In this document: piece by piece, positions 39,816-52,558 of the stretch
Position numbering within the stretch: position 1 is the first letter of the stretch
How the letters are laid out: each line of letters opens with the position of its first letter
NCBI RefSeq assembly: GCF_964355755.1
Contig: NC_092671.1
Location: 23,386,070 to 23,450,069 of the forward strand
Direction: 5' to 3'
Source: Antedon mediterranea
Lineage: Eukaryota; Animalia; Echinodermata
Length of the DNA: 64,000 nt
Notes under the pieces: generated by a model
Told to the model about the DNA's origin: nothing
Seen by the model: the letters and a program-made list of their open reading frames with translations, nothing else
The model's database searches: none
Made by a program: the position numbers and the translations under genes

Positions 39816-42439
39816 ACCGAAGCTGGCGATAGTAACTACATTAGCTGGGAGGCAATTTTCGTTTCTACATTATCTGTTGACCTTCTACATTAGCGGTTGT
39901 AACTTTTTTGAAAACTTTCATTGCGACTAAATGGGTCTGAGATCATTGTTACACTCTATCACAGATTTCTTTGGGATGGGGATTTTACACAATTTCTTCC
40001 ATTCATTAGAATATTTGGGAGCAACCCATCAGGCCCATATGATTTGTTTTCTTTAGCTTTCTAAAGTGTGAACGAACAACATATTCACCAACGCTACTGT
40101 ATAATCATGAACTTGCTCTACCTCAAAATAATTCCTTAGTCTATCAAACTACTTTTTTCTGTAGAGATGTGTACTCGTCAAATCTGCTATATAATTTATT
40201 TAGTTGATTAGTGTATTTAGCGAGTTGTTAAATCACTGTATCAACTACGCAACCCCCTCTTTTGTGTACCGCCGTGGCTGGATCTAAAAATAACATACCG
40301 GTATGCCAAATTTAAACAGTGTTTAGTTTCAGCAGCTGGTCAACCGCATCGTTGAAGTTTGAATTATTTACACCTATCCTTTCCACAGAATAAAATTTCG
40401 TAAATCACGGTTTGGATCAGTGGCCATTGATATCAATGCTTTGTACTGTATGTTCGAGTTTGAATCTGCGAAATATGTAAATAATAAGTATCATGGCTTA
40501 AAGAAAAAAATTTAAACTAGACCACAATGTAATGCAAAATATCAATATACAATTAGAGTTTATCAAAATGAATGAAATCTACTATAGAAGGTATGAAAAA
40601 CAAAAATCAATTGCAAAAACCATTTTTCTATGCTTTGTATGAATGGTGCGTGCACAAAATGCCTAAAAATGTAACATTTTGAAATGCTCAAAATTACCTG
40701 AAATGTACGCGAAATTGATTAATAAATTAATTTTGCGCATTTAAAATTTTGAAATACATTTTGGTTTGGTTTGTTTTATTTGCATCTCAAAATACATCAC
40801 ATGGTAAAACACATGATTTCACAAAATCAAGTTAAAAGTTATTCTACTAAAAATATATCATACATAATTACAATTAATTTTAAAATTTTCCTTCATTTTT
40901 TTACTGAATATCTTTTATTTGTACTTAACTACAATTTAAAAATACAATTTAAATAAGTAAAAAAAAAATCTGACTTTTAGATTCAAGGAAAGCCCATGAA
41001 AGTCCTGGTTATAGGACTTATTTCTAATTGGGGTCCTTAAAAAAATAAAATAAATAATAAAATTTAAACAGAAGAAAAAAAAATAATATAAATAGCAAAA
41101 TGTACAAACAATAAAACAGCAAACAGAACAATAGATATTTTATATAGCTTCTATTATTATTATTATTATTAATATTATTATTATTATTTTTATCGTCATA
41201 ATTATTATGTATGTAGTGCTTTGTCTTTAGATGTTTCTTAACGTTTAATTTAAAACAGTAGATTGTCGGGTTACTTTTAATTGGTTGGGGCAAAGCGTTC
41301 CAATCCTTGATAGACTTGTAGAAGAAGAATGTATTTGATGATTTAGAGGGAATTCTAAAATTAAATGAACTATTTCTAGTGTTATAGTTGTGGAAATGAA
41401 CAATCAATGGAAGTTGTAATGCATGTATTGTGGACTGCTATTGTGAAAAACTTTATCTTAAAAACTTTGCTCGATCATCAACATTAAAAAATCCTAACAA
41501 ATTCAACTCGTTTTGACCGACGTGAGTCCGAGAGCCTTTCTTATTAATGAATCTAACTACTTTGTTTTGAACAATTTGAAGTTTATGTTGATATTTCTTG
41601 GATATACCAACATACCACGATGAAGATGAATAGTCAAAAAGACATTTGATTACAATTAAAATTAAGATAATCAGATTGTCTGTAGAGAAACTTTAACCTA
41701 GTATTAGCTTTCTGACAGTTGAAGCAATGGTGTCCCCAGATACATTATTGACTCGATCAACACCTAGATATTTTACTGACTGTTTTCCAAAAATAGAGTA
41801 ATCCAAAGTTTTAATTTAAATTTATCAATTTGCTTAAGTCTTCTATTGGTACCAAGTAATATACACTCAGTTTTACCCATATGCAATGATAGCTTATTTT
41901 CAATAAGCCAGTTATTACAACTATTTAAGTTAGTTGTTATTTATTTTTAATTATCAAAGGGTCTTTATCAGCATAAAGGTCCTGTCATCAGCATATAGCA
42001 TAAGTTTACATTAAAAATCCACTCCGATAGATATGTCATTAATTATATTAAAAACAACAGTGGACCCAGTATACTCCCCTGGGGAGCACCACAATCAATT
42101 ACCATTGACATGAACAACTTGGCTTCTATCACTTAGGCCCTGTTTCTGCTGCCAACTAAATACCGTATATTATACGGTATTTTTTTAATACCGTATATAT
42201 AAGGTATATTTTTGGCAGCAGAAACTGCGCTCATAAAAAATATACCGTATTTTGTATACCGTATTTTCTCCACAAAATTTGTGGATAACATACGGTATTT
42301 ACAAATTTATACCGTATTTTTTGTACCCGTTTCTGCTGCCTATAAAAATACCGTATTTTTTTTTTACATGACAAAAGGTCAACATTCGTGTTTTTATTTT
42401 CTGTCCCTGTACACACGTGTATAGATATATTCGGCGAAA

Positions 42440-44430
42440 ATGTGGAGCGAAGACGTCACAGTTTTACTAAATAAATGTGTGTGGGGAAGCTAAAATGTCT
42501 GGCCAAGTCGCCACAGAGAACCCAGTATTCGTCGACCATGTACATAGACTGTTTGAGGAAATTTGGAGAACGAAAGAAGTACCAAGTGATTGGGGACTGT
42601 CCAAATTAACAACCATTTTGAAAAAAAAAGGCAGTCCACTTGATCCATCAATGTATAGAGGAATATCAATTGGGTCTACATTTTCAAAGATACTTATGGT
42701 TATCATTCTTTCACGTTTTTCCATCTTTTATGAAAGTCAACTTCTATGCACACAGTTTGGATTCAGGTCCAACAGAGGGTGCAATGATGCTATATATGTA
42801 ATCAAGCAGATCCAGGAAATTGCATATCGCTCAAATCGCAAACTCTATACATGCTTCATTGATTTAACAGCAGCATTCGACCATGTGAATCGTAATCTTC
42901 TTTTCCTAAGCGTTCGTAATAGGTTTCACTTAAACCAGTCTACTACTATGATTGACATTATACAATCACTGTACAGCTCAACGAAAGCATACCTTGCTGA
43001 CGACGATCCGAGTGATGATAAGTTCGAAACATCTTCTGGGGTGCGACAGGGTGGTATTGAGAGTACCAGCATGTTTAACCAATATTTTGATTACGTTATT
43101 AGAGTGTTCAAACAACGCTGTAAAGATGCTAGTTTGGATGGCCTAATGATACAATACCTAATTCCTATTGAAGCTACAAATCGTGCTCAAAGATGTAAAG
43201 CACCATCAAGGGGCATCTATGACGACTTTGAAAGTGGCTATGCTGACGACTTTGCTGTAAGCTCCTGGTCACAAGAAGAACTGCAAACCATTGTGAACAT
43301 CTTGAATAAAGTTTGTCTGGAATTTGGTCTAAGAATTAGTGCCCCCAAAACAGAAACCATTATACTGTATGGAACTGGAAAGAGGAAGTTGAAGAATACC
43401 CAAGATGCATCATACAAATTGGCGGCGTACACATTAACAACGTAACACACTTTAGATACCTTGGTGTATGGGCTACCTACAATGATGTTCATATTGGAGA
43501 TCAAGAAGTAAAATACAGAATCAATTCAGCCAAAGGAGCATTTGCAGAGAATAGGGCATTGCTTACCAACAGAACGATCCACCTACAAACAAGAATGATG
43601 TTTCTTAATGGTCTAGTTAGGAGTAGACTCACCTATGGTTGCCATGCTTGGAGGGCAACAGGAAGTGAAATGTCCAAACTTAGCACAACATACAAAACCT
43701 TCCTAAGAAGAATGCTAGTGAATGGCTTTCAAAGAGTCTGCCCACCAAACCATGTAGACATATCCTCAGATGAAGAAACAGATGAAAACTATATAGACTG
43801 GCGTTACGTAATTGATAATGACGATCTCTACAAAATTACTGGCTGTCAACCGCTAGAAGAATATATCTACAAGCAACAATTCAACTGGATCGGACATGTA
43901 ATTAGAAAAGAAAATGAAGATCCTACAAAAATTCTTACTTTTCACACAACACAAAGTAAACGAAGAGGTCGGAAGATACCATCAGTACTTGATAGAGTTG
44001 TACAACAAAGTCCACTTACTAGATGCAACTTCATTAGAGCCTGCTTCAACAGAAATTTATAATTCCCAGCAATGTTTTAACTGTATATATGAACTGTTTT
44101 ATAAGTTGTTTTGTGACTGTGTAATTTGGTAGTAGTCACTCTCATACTGTAGGCCTACATCCAAATGCCAACTTCAAGTCAATGGCTACCAGATGTCTCT
44201 GTGAGACGGTTATTTGAACCAGTACCAGTACCAGTAACTAAAAGGTAATAAAAGGGACAACCACACTTATAAAGACATTTCTAAAAAAATAAAGCAGGAG
44301 TATGGAATAGACTTGTCTCCAAAGCAAGTAAACTCAAAGCTGAAGAGCCTGCGAAAGCAGTACAACATTGCAAAATACAATAACTCGGGGAGGGAATGAA
44401 TTAATTGTCCCCATTACGATGTTTTCTGTA
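42440..44430 (+). pseudogene. Harbinger Myb/SANT (trihelix) DNA-binding gene remnant, interrupted by the RTE
   Basis: MWSEDVTVLL at 42440, then from 44238 LKGNKRDNHTYKDISKKIKQEYGIDLSPKQVNSKLKSLRKQY..CPHYD. Confidence 0.7.
42470..44236 (+). mobile_element. 5'-truncated RTE-type LINE (RT, frameshifted) with (ACCAGT)n tail
   Basis: YRGISI, QFGFR, FIDLTAAFD, GVRQGG, YADD, FRYLG, LTYGCHAW, WIGHV motifs. Confidence 0.9.
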
Positions 44431-44779
44431 CTCTCAAAACATCTCTATCACAAGGGCTAGGCTGTTGAAAGTGAGACGTAAAACTTCCTTTATTGCGACT
44501 TTTAATTATCGATCAAATAAATGAATGGCAATTTGGGTAAAAAAGATGAAATTTAACACGACTACCCAAGAAGTATTGTTAGCAGAAACGGGGTACTAAA
44601 AAATACGGTATAAAAAATACCGTATTTTATACCGTATTTTGAGCAGTTGCAGCAGAAACAGGCCCTTAGATATGACTTAAACCATTGCAGTGAATCAACT
44701 ACTCCAATTACATCAAGCGTGTTAAGTAGAATGTGATGATTAATGGTATCAAATGCTTTTTGTAAGTCCAAAAGCACCA

Positions 44780-47700
44780 CTCTTTGCAAAAAAACCGTAT
44801 ACGAACGTATACAATTTACATACGTTTCGTATATGTTTCGTATAGGAATTCCACTTCGTATACAAAACGTATACGTCAATTCGGAAGTTCCTTCCCGCAT
44901 AATAAATATATACGAACCGTATACGATCATTTATAAACAAATTCCTAATTATACGATCCGTATACGACAACGCGTGTATACAAACTGCATCGTATTACCA
45001 AGCGAAAAGGGACTGTCCCTCTTTTTACAAGACGACGATAGCATACGTTTACGATGGCAGGAGCATCTTGACTTCAATAATTAGTGTACAATTTGGTTTT
45101 TTTTCAGTCGGTATATGTACATTAAATTCCCTATGATGATTTAGTTCATAGTTTTCGCGAATGAAAAAAATTGGTGCTGTATTTTACTAGACGTTGTTTT
45201 TCTAGCAAGCATAAAAACCCACCCAGGCTGTTCTGCCTTGTTTATCCCCTCTGCTATTTCTTTACCTTTTTGTATGTTCCATTAATAAGTGAATCACACA
45301 AAATGTGCTGTTATTAATTTGAAAGTGCTTTAAATAATATTAATGTACTTGGAAATAAATAAATAAATATTAAATTGGGCCCGCAGTATATTAAATTTAA
45401 AACGAGTAAGTAAAATCCATCAATTACGATTTAATAAAAATGTAGAATACCTGTGGCTCCCTATTATATATATGGAACGATCCAAATAAATTTGCCCAAA
45501 ACGTGCCTGTGTTACCGTATATTTCGGTGTATAAGTCGCACCTGTGTATAAGACGCACCCCTAACTGAGAGTAAAATATCGGTATTTTTTATATCGTCGA
45601 TGTATAAGACGCACCTTATATTTCATCAAAACAATGTTTTTTTTAAATTGTAATCAATATTATTGTAATAATATATTTTGTTATATCTACAACGGCGTCC
45701 TTTATTTAGGTTTTTTCTTACCTAGGCTCGGCCGTGCCCAGCCTCAACAAGTTCTTTCTAACTTGTTGTTCATTAGTTTGCACCCGCAACAACATCGAGT
45801 GCATGACCGTGTGTGTAACACGATGTACGTGTATGGGCTAGCCTTGCTCGATCATTTCGAGAGGGCGCACGTTTTCACGGACAATCGTATTCGATTAGTA
45901 TCTATGTATCCGAGAAGTGTGTACGCTAGGTCCATGCTATAATCACCTGGAGAATATACTAGTCGAATACTGTTCACCATGTGGCCGCCCACAAGAAGGG
46001 CTTGCGCTAGGGGTACGGCGGTCGGCGATCGTGCGTATAACTATAAATAAATACTATTCCAATCGATCGTACATAAACGTTTACAAATGAAATTTATCGG
46101 AGCGCCTAAAACCGCTCCATAATGAACAAATCTTTTCATCATATTTAGTATAACATCATGCTAAAATGCCTTGAAAACTAGGCAGAAGCAGGTTGCCGTT
46201 ACGTTAGTATACTGTAGCTAGGCCTAGCCTACTCAGGCCTAGCAAACGAGGTGACGATAGGCCAATATGTACAATCTGTGTGGTGAGGCATTTATGTTCG
46301 GTGTATAAGACGCACCCTTAATTTAGAGGTCAAATTTGCGTGTCAAAAGTGCGACTTATACACCGAAATATACGGTATGTGCACTGCATGCATGCATCAC
46401 ATGGATGGATCAGATTTCATTCATTTTCAATCATCATTGTTGATTTTTTGGCTACGGGTTTTAACTTACCATAAAAAAAGAATTGGATGTAGGCCTAGTT
46501 ACAGTAGGCCCAAGTAGATAGTAAAGTCGATAACTTCTAGCTAGCTAGGCTATAGGCATATTGTAATTGTATATATCGAATATGCAGTATATAGCTACTG
46601 CAGCAGCTCTAGTAAACTAAGAGTAACTAGGCCTGGGGAAAATACGCCAAGGAAAAGAGTCTGTGGTACACTCATTGTGAAAATAAGCTAGCTAGCTTTC
46701 TCCCATATATTAGATTTGGTTATATTGTATTATTTTAATAACCTACTCTAGCTAGTAGTATATCAACAACGGTGAAATGGAAATACGATGCATTATGGAT
46801 ATCATCGTTGCAGAGTTAGGGGGTGCCAACAAAACATTCAACAGCCAGAAATACAAAAAAGAAGCTCCGACGTTTTTATTTAGAGCATTTTACTATTTTA
46901 GGCATACAGAACTAATTGCTGTAAATTTCCTAGAGTTGTCACTGATAAATACAATTTAACATAACCTACATATAACTTGAAAAATCCAAATGATAAATTG
47001 TACGCGAACGCAGTAAAACCAACCAGTTTAAATGTTTGTTAAATAATTATTTTACATCTCCCTGGTAAAATGGTACCCTACGCTCCCATTTTTATGCCTC
47101 CATCATTGATAAGCCGAGCGGTATTTAATTATTTTTATTATTTAATTCGTAAATAATAAAAAAAAATCGTTAATATAAATATGTGAACCTTTGTAACTTT
47201 TTTTTGTATGCGCGGGCGCGATACTATTTAATAAGATAGGCTTTATTCATATCATTGGCGTGGAGTGGTAAACAACTATGAGCCTAGTTGATACCGCCTC
47301 GTAACTACGTATTGACGTTTTACTATAATATTGAATATGCACTGTTAGTGTTACTTTAAAAAAGGATGTAATAAAACTGTGTACAATATTAGTAGGTAAT
47401 AGTTTTTTTGTGCCCCCTCTGTACACACGCCTGCCGGCTATTTGTTTATCATTTTAATGAATGTAGTACGAGTCTAACTCCAAATAAAGATATAGAACAA
47501 ATTTTGAGAATTCAAAGTGTTGATCTTTTTTAAGAATCTGATATTACCATGAATCATCTTTTTACATAATATACAGCATAAGCATGTACAATCTAATTTA
47601 ATTGTCACACAATTGAATTAACAAAGGACAAGGATTTCAAATAAACTGTTACAAATAAACAATTATTAAAGAAATAGTTGGGGTATTGTTGGGTCCATGG

Positions 47701-48848
47701 GAAATCAACAATGTTTAGTAGACTTATTTAATTTGTTATTTAAAGTTGAGGGTAGTTATTTTTTAAACATATTGGAATACCATGAAAATAAAGAAAGATA
47801 TGTTTTATGATTTCTTAATCACCAAACAGAAATACCGCTGAGATAAATGAAAGCAATTCAATCTGTTCACTACCGGGAATAAATTGAGATTCGATATAAT
47901 TGTATTTACTATCACCACTAATTGTGTTTTTTTTTTTTTCCTCGGCGGAAGTGATCGACTTCATATTCAAAATCCGAATGTATTCATCGTTAAATAATAA
48001 TTATTATTATTATACAATGACCCCACTTCTGTTTTGGGTCATGGTTTTCCTCTTCGACATTATTTGCCGAATTATTGTTACTCCATCTCCATTGCTACAA
48101 CACACGTCGCGGAATAATATCGCTTAACATAACGATGTAATTTGACCACCCAAAGCTTGCACGTGGCGTGACGAATTGAGAACGACGAACCCGATGATTC
48201 ACCCGATGATATGCATGATTGGCCACCAGGGAGCCGAGTCGACTACGAGTTGGAACTGTAGGCAACCGAGCGACGCTCGGTCGTCGTCGGCGGCTGCACT
48301 TACTGATCTCTGTCATATTTTATAAAGGAAAACTGCAAACATCGTCGATTTGTGAAAATGGCCCCTTGTTTTTTCTAGGCCTACCTAGTAGTATACCTGT
48401 TTAGCGTACTTTATTTACTTGCGAAAAACGTTGTTTGAATTTTATCGGTAGCCTAGGCTATCTAATAAATATGGAAATACATTAATATGATCTTCTGTAC
48501 TAGCTCCTACTACTTACTAATAATACTACTAGACTAGGCATATATCTAATGGCTGGTGCTAGCTAGGCCTAGGCCAGAGCCTACGTACGTATTTGTTGTA
48601 ATGACAATTTAAATGTTTTATTTAGCTCTATTCTACTCATTACTGCTATTATAATTTATAAAATGGCCTAGTTTGTTCGTATATGATTCGTATACGTCCA
48701 GTATACGATATTCTTATCATGAATAAACAACGTATATGTTGTGGAGCAACAGAGTGGAAATAATGTAAACAGTGAAATCGTATACGATCCGTATACGTCG
48801 TATACGTTTTCAGCGTATACGGATCGTATATGGCTTTTTTGCAAAGGG
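44780..48848. mobile_element. EnSpm/CACTA-group (CCC-ended) non-autonomous element, ~4.1 kb
   Basis: CA + C(T)CTTTGCAAAAAA.CC.TATACG ... CGTATATGGCTTTTTTGCAAAGGG + CA (2-bp TSD), with CGTATACG subterminal repeats. Confidence 0.82.
45515..46375 (-). mobile_element. Tc2-like MITE (paralogue of 17660-18460)
   Basis: Perfect TIR CCGTATATTTCGGTGTATAAGTCGCAC, TA TSD. Confidence 0.92.
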
Positions 48849-51800
48849 CATCCCAGTAAATTTGTGTTTTAATGAAGTCCAATAAATGAATCAGACACGT
48901 TTCAGTGGAATGGCCACTATGAAATCCGGACTGAAATTCATAAATTAATTTGTTTGATTCTAAATATTTAACAAGCTGTTGGTGTATTGCCCTTTCGAGG
49001 ATTTTTCGAAACTACAGGCCAAAAATAATTTACGTCAGTCCGACTTTTCTTTTTGAATAGTGGTTTTACTTTAGCAACTTTTAGATCATCTGGGACAATA
49101 CCGTTAATAATTGACATATTTACAATATGCATAATAGGTTGTTTAAGTACCAAAGCTCCATCTTTTAAAAATAGAGCAGGAATATTTGGTTGCATTCAAA
49201 CCATTAAGTTGATCTTCGATGAATTCGTCATCGATAGTACTAAGGGGGAACATATTTGTAATTTTACCTTGGTAAAATGACTTGAACAATTCGCTCTGTG
49301 TACCGTACAAACTTCTTACAATTGGAAGCTTATTTACTAGGGCAGAGGCAACATTTGTAAAAAATCTAGTAAAATGTTGAGCGATGGAAACATCTGAATA
49401 ACATATATTATCTTCAATATTCAAAGCTATTTTCCCAACGTCGTTGGGTTTTTTAGAGTAACCTAGATTTTGTAGTTGCTTCCAAAGTTGTTTAGGGTCA
49501 GATTTATATTCATCCAATTTATTCAATACAAGGTTAGCTTTAGTTTTTTTAATGTCTGGATGTTATTACGTAAAGTACATTTATGTTTATATAGTTCAGG
49601 ATCTTTCGGATGTTGCTTGTTTAGTTTAGATATAAAATTATTGCATTCACTTAAGATTTTGTGGGTCATCCAGTCTTCAGTTCTTTATTAATTTGAATAT
49701 TTTTGTATGGTGCCACTTTATCTAAAATAGATTGAAGCATCGATTTAAATTTGTACCAGGCGTCATTGGCATCTGTAGAGTCCATTATGACCGACCAGTC
49801 ACATTCGTTCAGTAAAAGGGAGAAGTTTCCCAGGTCATAGTTGCGCAAGGACCGAAGAATCCTAAAGAATTTGCTACCTGTGAATTGACTTCGTTTTTAC
49901 TTTCTAGTACAGAACGTTATAAAATGTTCACTGATTCCAATTTTCATAACACCAGCTTGATATAAGTTAGTGTTGCTGCAAAGAATATGGTCGATAATAA
50001 CTTCCATAGATTCCGTTGTACGCGTGGCTTCTTTAATTATCTGAATGTATGTTCATAAAATCTTGGTATTTGTTTAACATGCTGTCGTTTTTGTTCATAT
50101 CGATATTCATATCCCCAAGGATGACCATCTCGTTATCATTTATCACACCTGTCATAATCCTGTCCAAGTTATCTAAAAAAGAAATGTAACTTTGCGATGG
50201 TAGACGGTAAATAGTTCCCAGCAGTATTGGTTTTGTTTTCGGCAATAAGACATTACACCACACAGCTTCAATTTCAGCGCAATCCATATCTTCGTGGATT
50301 GTAAAGGCAATATTATTATGAATGAAGATACAAACACCTCCACTGGATCTGTTTCTGTCCTGTCGAATCACTGTGAATCCTCTAATCTCGATTTCAGCAT
50401 CTAAGACTGATGCATCTAACCATGATTCGGTTATGCAAATCACAGAGGCTCGGGTTTTATTTGCTAGAATCCGAATTTGTGATATCTTAGAAAGCAGCAA
50501 ACATGTATTCAGATGCAAAATTATCAGACCCTTTTTATTAGAGAGTTTTGTATACTGATCTCAGTCGGTTTGTGGTCCTGGGTTTAACTGTACGTCACCG
50601 CATCTGAGTATACATAATAATAACGTTCTGCCTATTAGAGATTGTAAGGGTTCGCATAAAAATTGCCTTGCTTATTCGAATATTTCTTAGTTGCACAAAA
50701 CGAATATGCGGACAACTCACCCAAACAATTAATGTGACTTTTCGGAGTGGATTTATCAAACAAACAACGTTAAAAATAAGCAAAATGCAAATAACATGGA
50801 TGCGTCATTCCACTTTTTAGCAGAGGGCAGGGCGTTTATTAGAAACAATATGGTAAGTACAGAAATATTGTTATGAGATTGTGTGTGGTGGTGATGGAGA
50901 GAAAAGTTGAGGGTAAAAGGATAGCAGAGGTGGTTTGGCAGAACATGGTTAATGGAAGAGAAGACAAAATTCCTTTGTTGGATGAGATTAATGTCATTGA
51001 GTTTGATAAGACGAAGATTCAAGAATAAATTTGATGGGTGCTCCAGGTATGATCCTTCTTGGAGAGATTTTTAAAAATTTCGAATGAAAAATGGCTATTT
51101 TCAAAAGCATAAAAAATGTTATTAGTAAGATCAAAAAGAGTACTGAGATATTGTGTCTTTTTCTGAATCTGAATTGTCTATTGTGCAGTATGACCCCATT
51201 TACACTTAATCGACAATTTATTAGCCGCCCCGAAGTCGACTCAACGTCGGCTTTCTTTTTAGCCTGCAATGTGTTTACACTTACACAAAAAGCCGACCTC
51301 GGGCCCGTACTATTGTGTTTACACTTGCTCTCGCGGAAGAGTGCTCGCTACATTCACATCATATCCGCTCATGTGCGCTACCAGCCATCTTAAAAAGTTA
51401 ACATTATTAATCGTTGTCGATCTACACTAGGCCTATCAAATAACGGTATTTACCGAAACCTATTGATTTGTTGGGTAATAATTTTGATAATTTCAGCCTC
51501 ATCAACAGATTTAAGGAAAAGTGAATTCATTGGTTGGGTTAGACATAAAAGTCTTCTAATGATTTGTTTGGATGGAGAATTTTGTTAGCAAGGGTGGGTC
51601 CAATTTCAACAGTGTTTGTTAAATGCATTTCAAATTATGTTGGGATCTTTGGTCAACTCTACGTTATGATTAATAGAGATATCAGAATTTATGTTTGTTG
51701 GAGTTTTTAAGTAGCAGGTTGATGGTTTTCCAGGTTGCCTTGATATTATGTTTACTTGGGGTACATAATAATAAAAATAATGTTTATACATATAAAAAGA

Positions 51801-51935
51801 AAAAACTAACAGTTAAAGGGAGATTCTGGGTTTAAAATTGCTTTTAAATATCGTTTATTTATTAAATAAAAAATATCATAACAATATAGACATGTCAGAA
51901 TGAAGAAGTAATAACGAGAAATTAAAAAAATTTAA

Positions 51936-52558
51936 TTACCTCCGCCAAGGAGGTTATATTTTCACCTCTGTGTGTTTGTGTGTTTGTGTGTGTGTGTGTT
52001 TGTGTTTTTATCCGATTCTCACCAAATTTGGACACAATGATCTATGCCTCAAAAGCTCGGACGAGTTCGAATTTGAGGGGAAAAGGTCATAGGTCAAGGT
52101 CACAACTAACAAAAAACTATATTACTGCCTAGAGACCATAGTTTTTATCCTATTCTCACCAAACTTAGCCACAATGATCAATGACTCATCATATAATTGT
52201 GGTTAAATTTTGAAGGGTCAGAGTCAAAGATCAAGGTCCACAAAAAACAAAAACAAAAAAAATAAATAAAAAAAAACCAAAAAAAAAAAACCTCAGTTGG
52301 ACTTGAACCAGCGATCTCAACTGTGAGAGGCTGGATACATAACCATTACACCAAACTCTCATCCACAACTTTGTAGTGTGCAGTTAGCCTATTTGCACTT
52401 GGAACTAATAAAAAATGTCAAAAAAAATAACATTTTCGGGGGAATTTAAAAAAAAATAAAAAAATTAAAAAATATATATTTTCCGGGGACATTGGACATT
52501 TTATGTAGAGGAATTTTACAGTAGGCGGAGGTTTGTACTCTCGGAGTACCCTCTAGTT
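51936..52558 (+). mobile_element. Short HINE/DINE-like element
   Basis: 5' TTACCTCCGCCAAGGAGG, (TG)n, 3' GGCGGAGG + GTACTCTCGGAGTAC hairpin + CTAGT, inserted at TT. Confidence 0.82.
52291..52360 (-). pseudogene. tRNA-derived (Glu-CTC-like) sequence inside the HINE
   Basis: Minus strand: TGGTGTAATGG (A box), CTCTCAC anticodon loop, GGTTCAAGTCC (B box). Stems are imperfect, so this is not a functional tRNA. Confidence 0.6.

Larger units (their letters stand above)
42136..44665. mobile_element. PIF/Harbinger deletion derivative
   Basis: TTA + GGCCCTGTTTCTGCTGC ... GCAGCAGAAACAGGCCC + TTA; subterminal ATACCGTAT repeats; Myb/SANT remnant inside. Confidence 0.88.
40975..50800 (-). mobile_element. 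CR1-type LINE (2A-like leader, APE, RT), split into three by Harbinger and EnSpm insertions
   Basis: ITESWL/GDMN at 50033-50518; VAKVKPLFKK; FTGM|VLLDLQKAFDT joined across the EnSpm element; WFKSYL|SDRSQV joined across the Harbinger element; 3' region at 41000-42130. Confidence 0.9.

Noticed and set aside
52291-52360. Functional tRNA gene
   Set aside because: Acceptor and anticodon stems pair poorly and it lies within a repeat; kept only as tRNA-derived.
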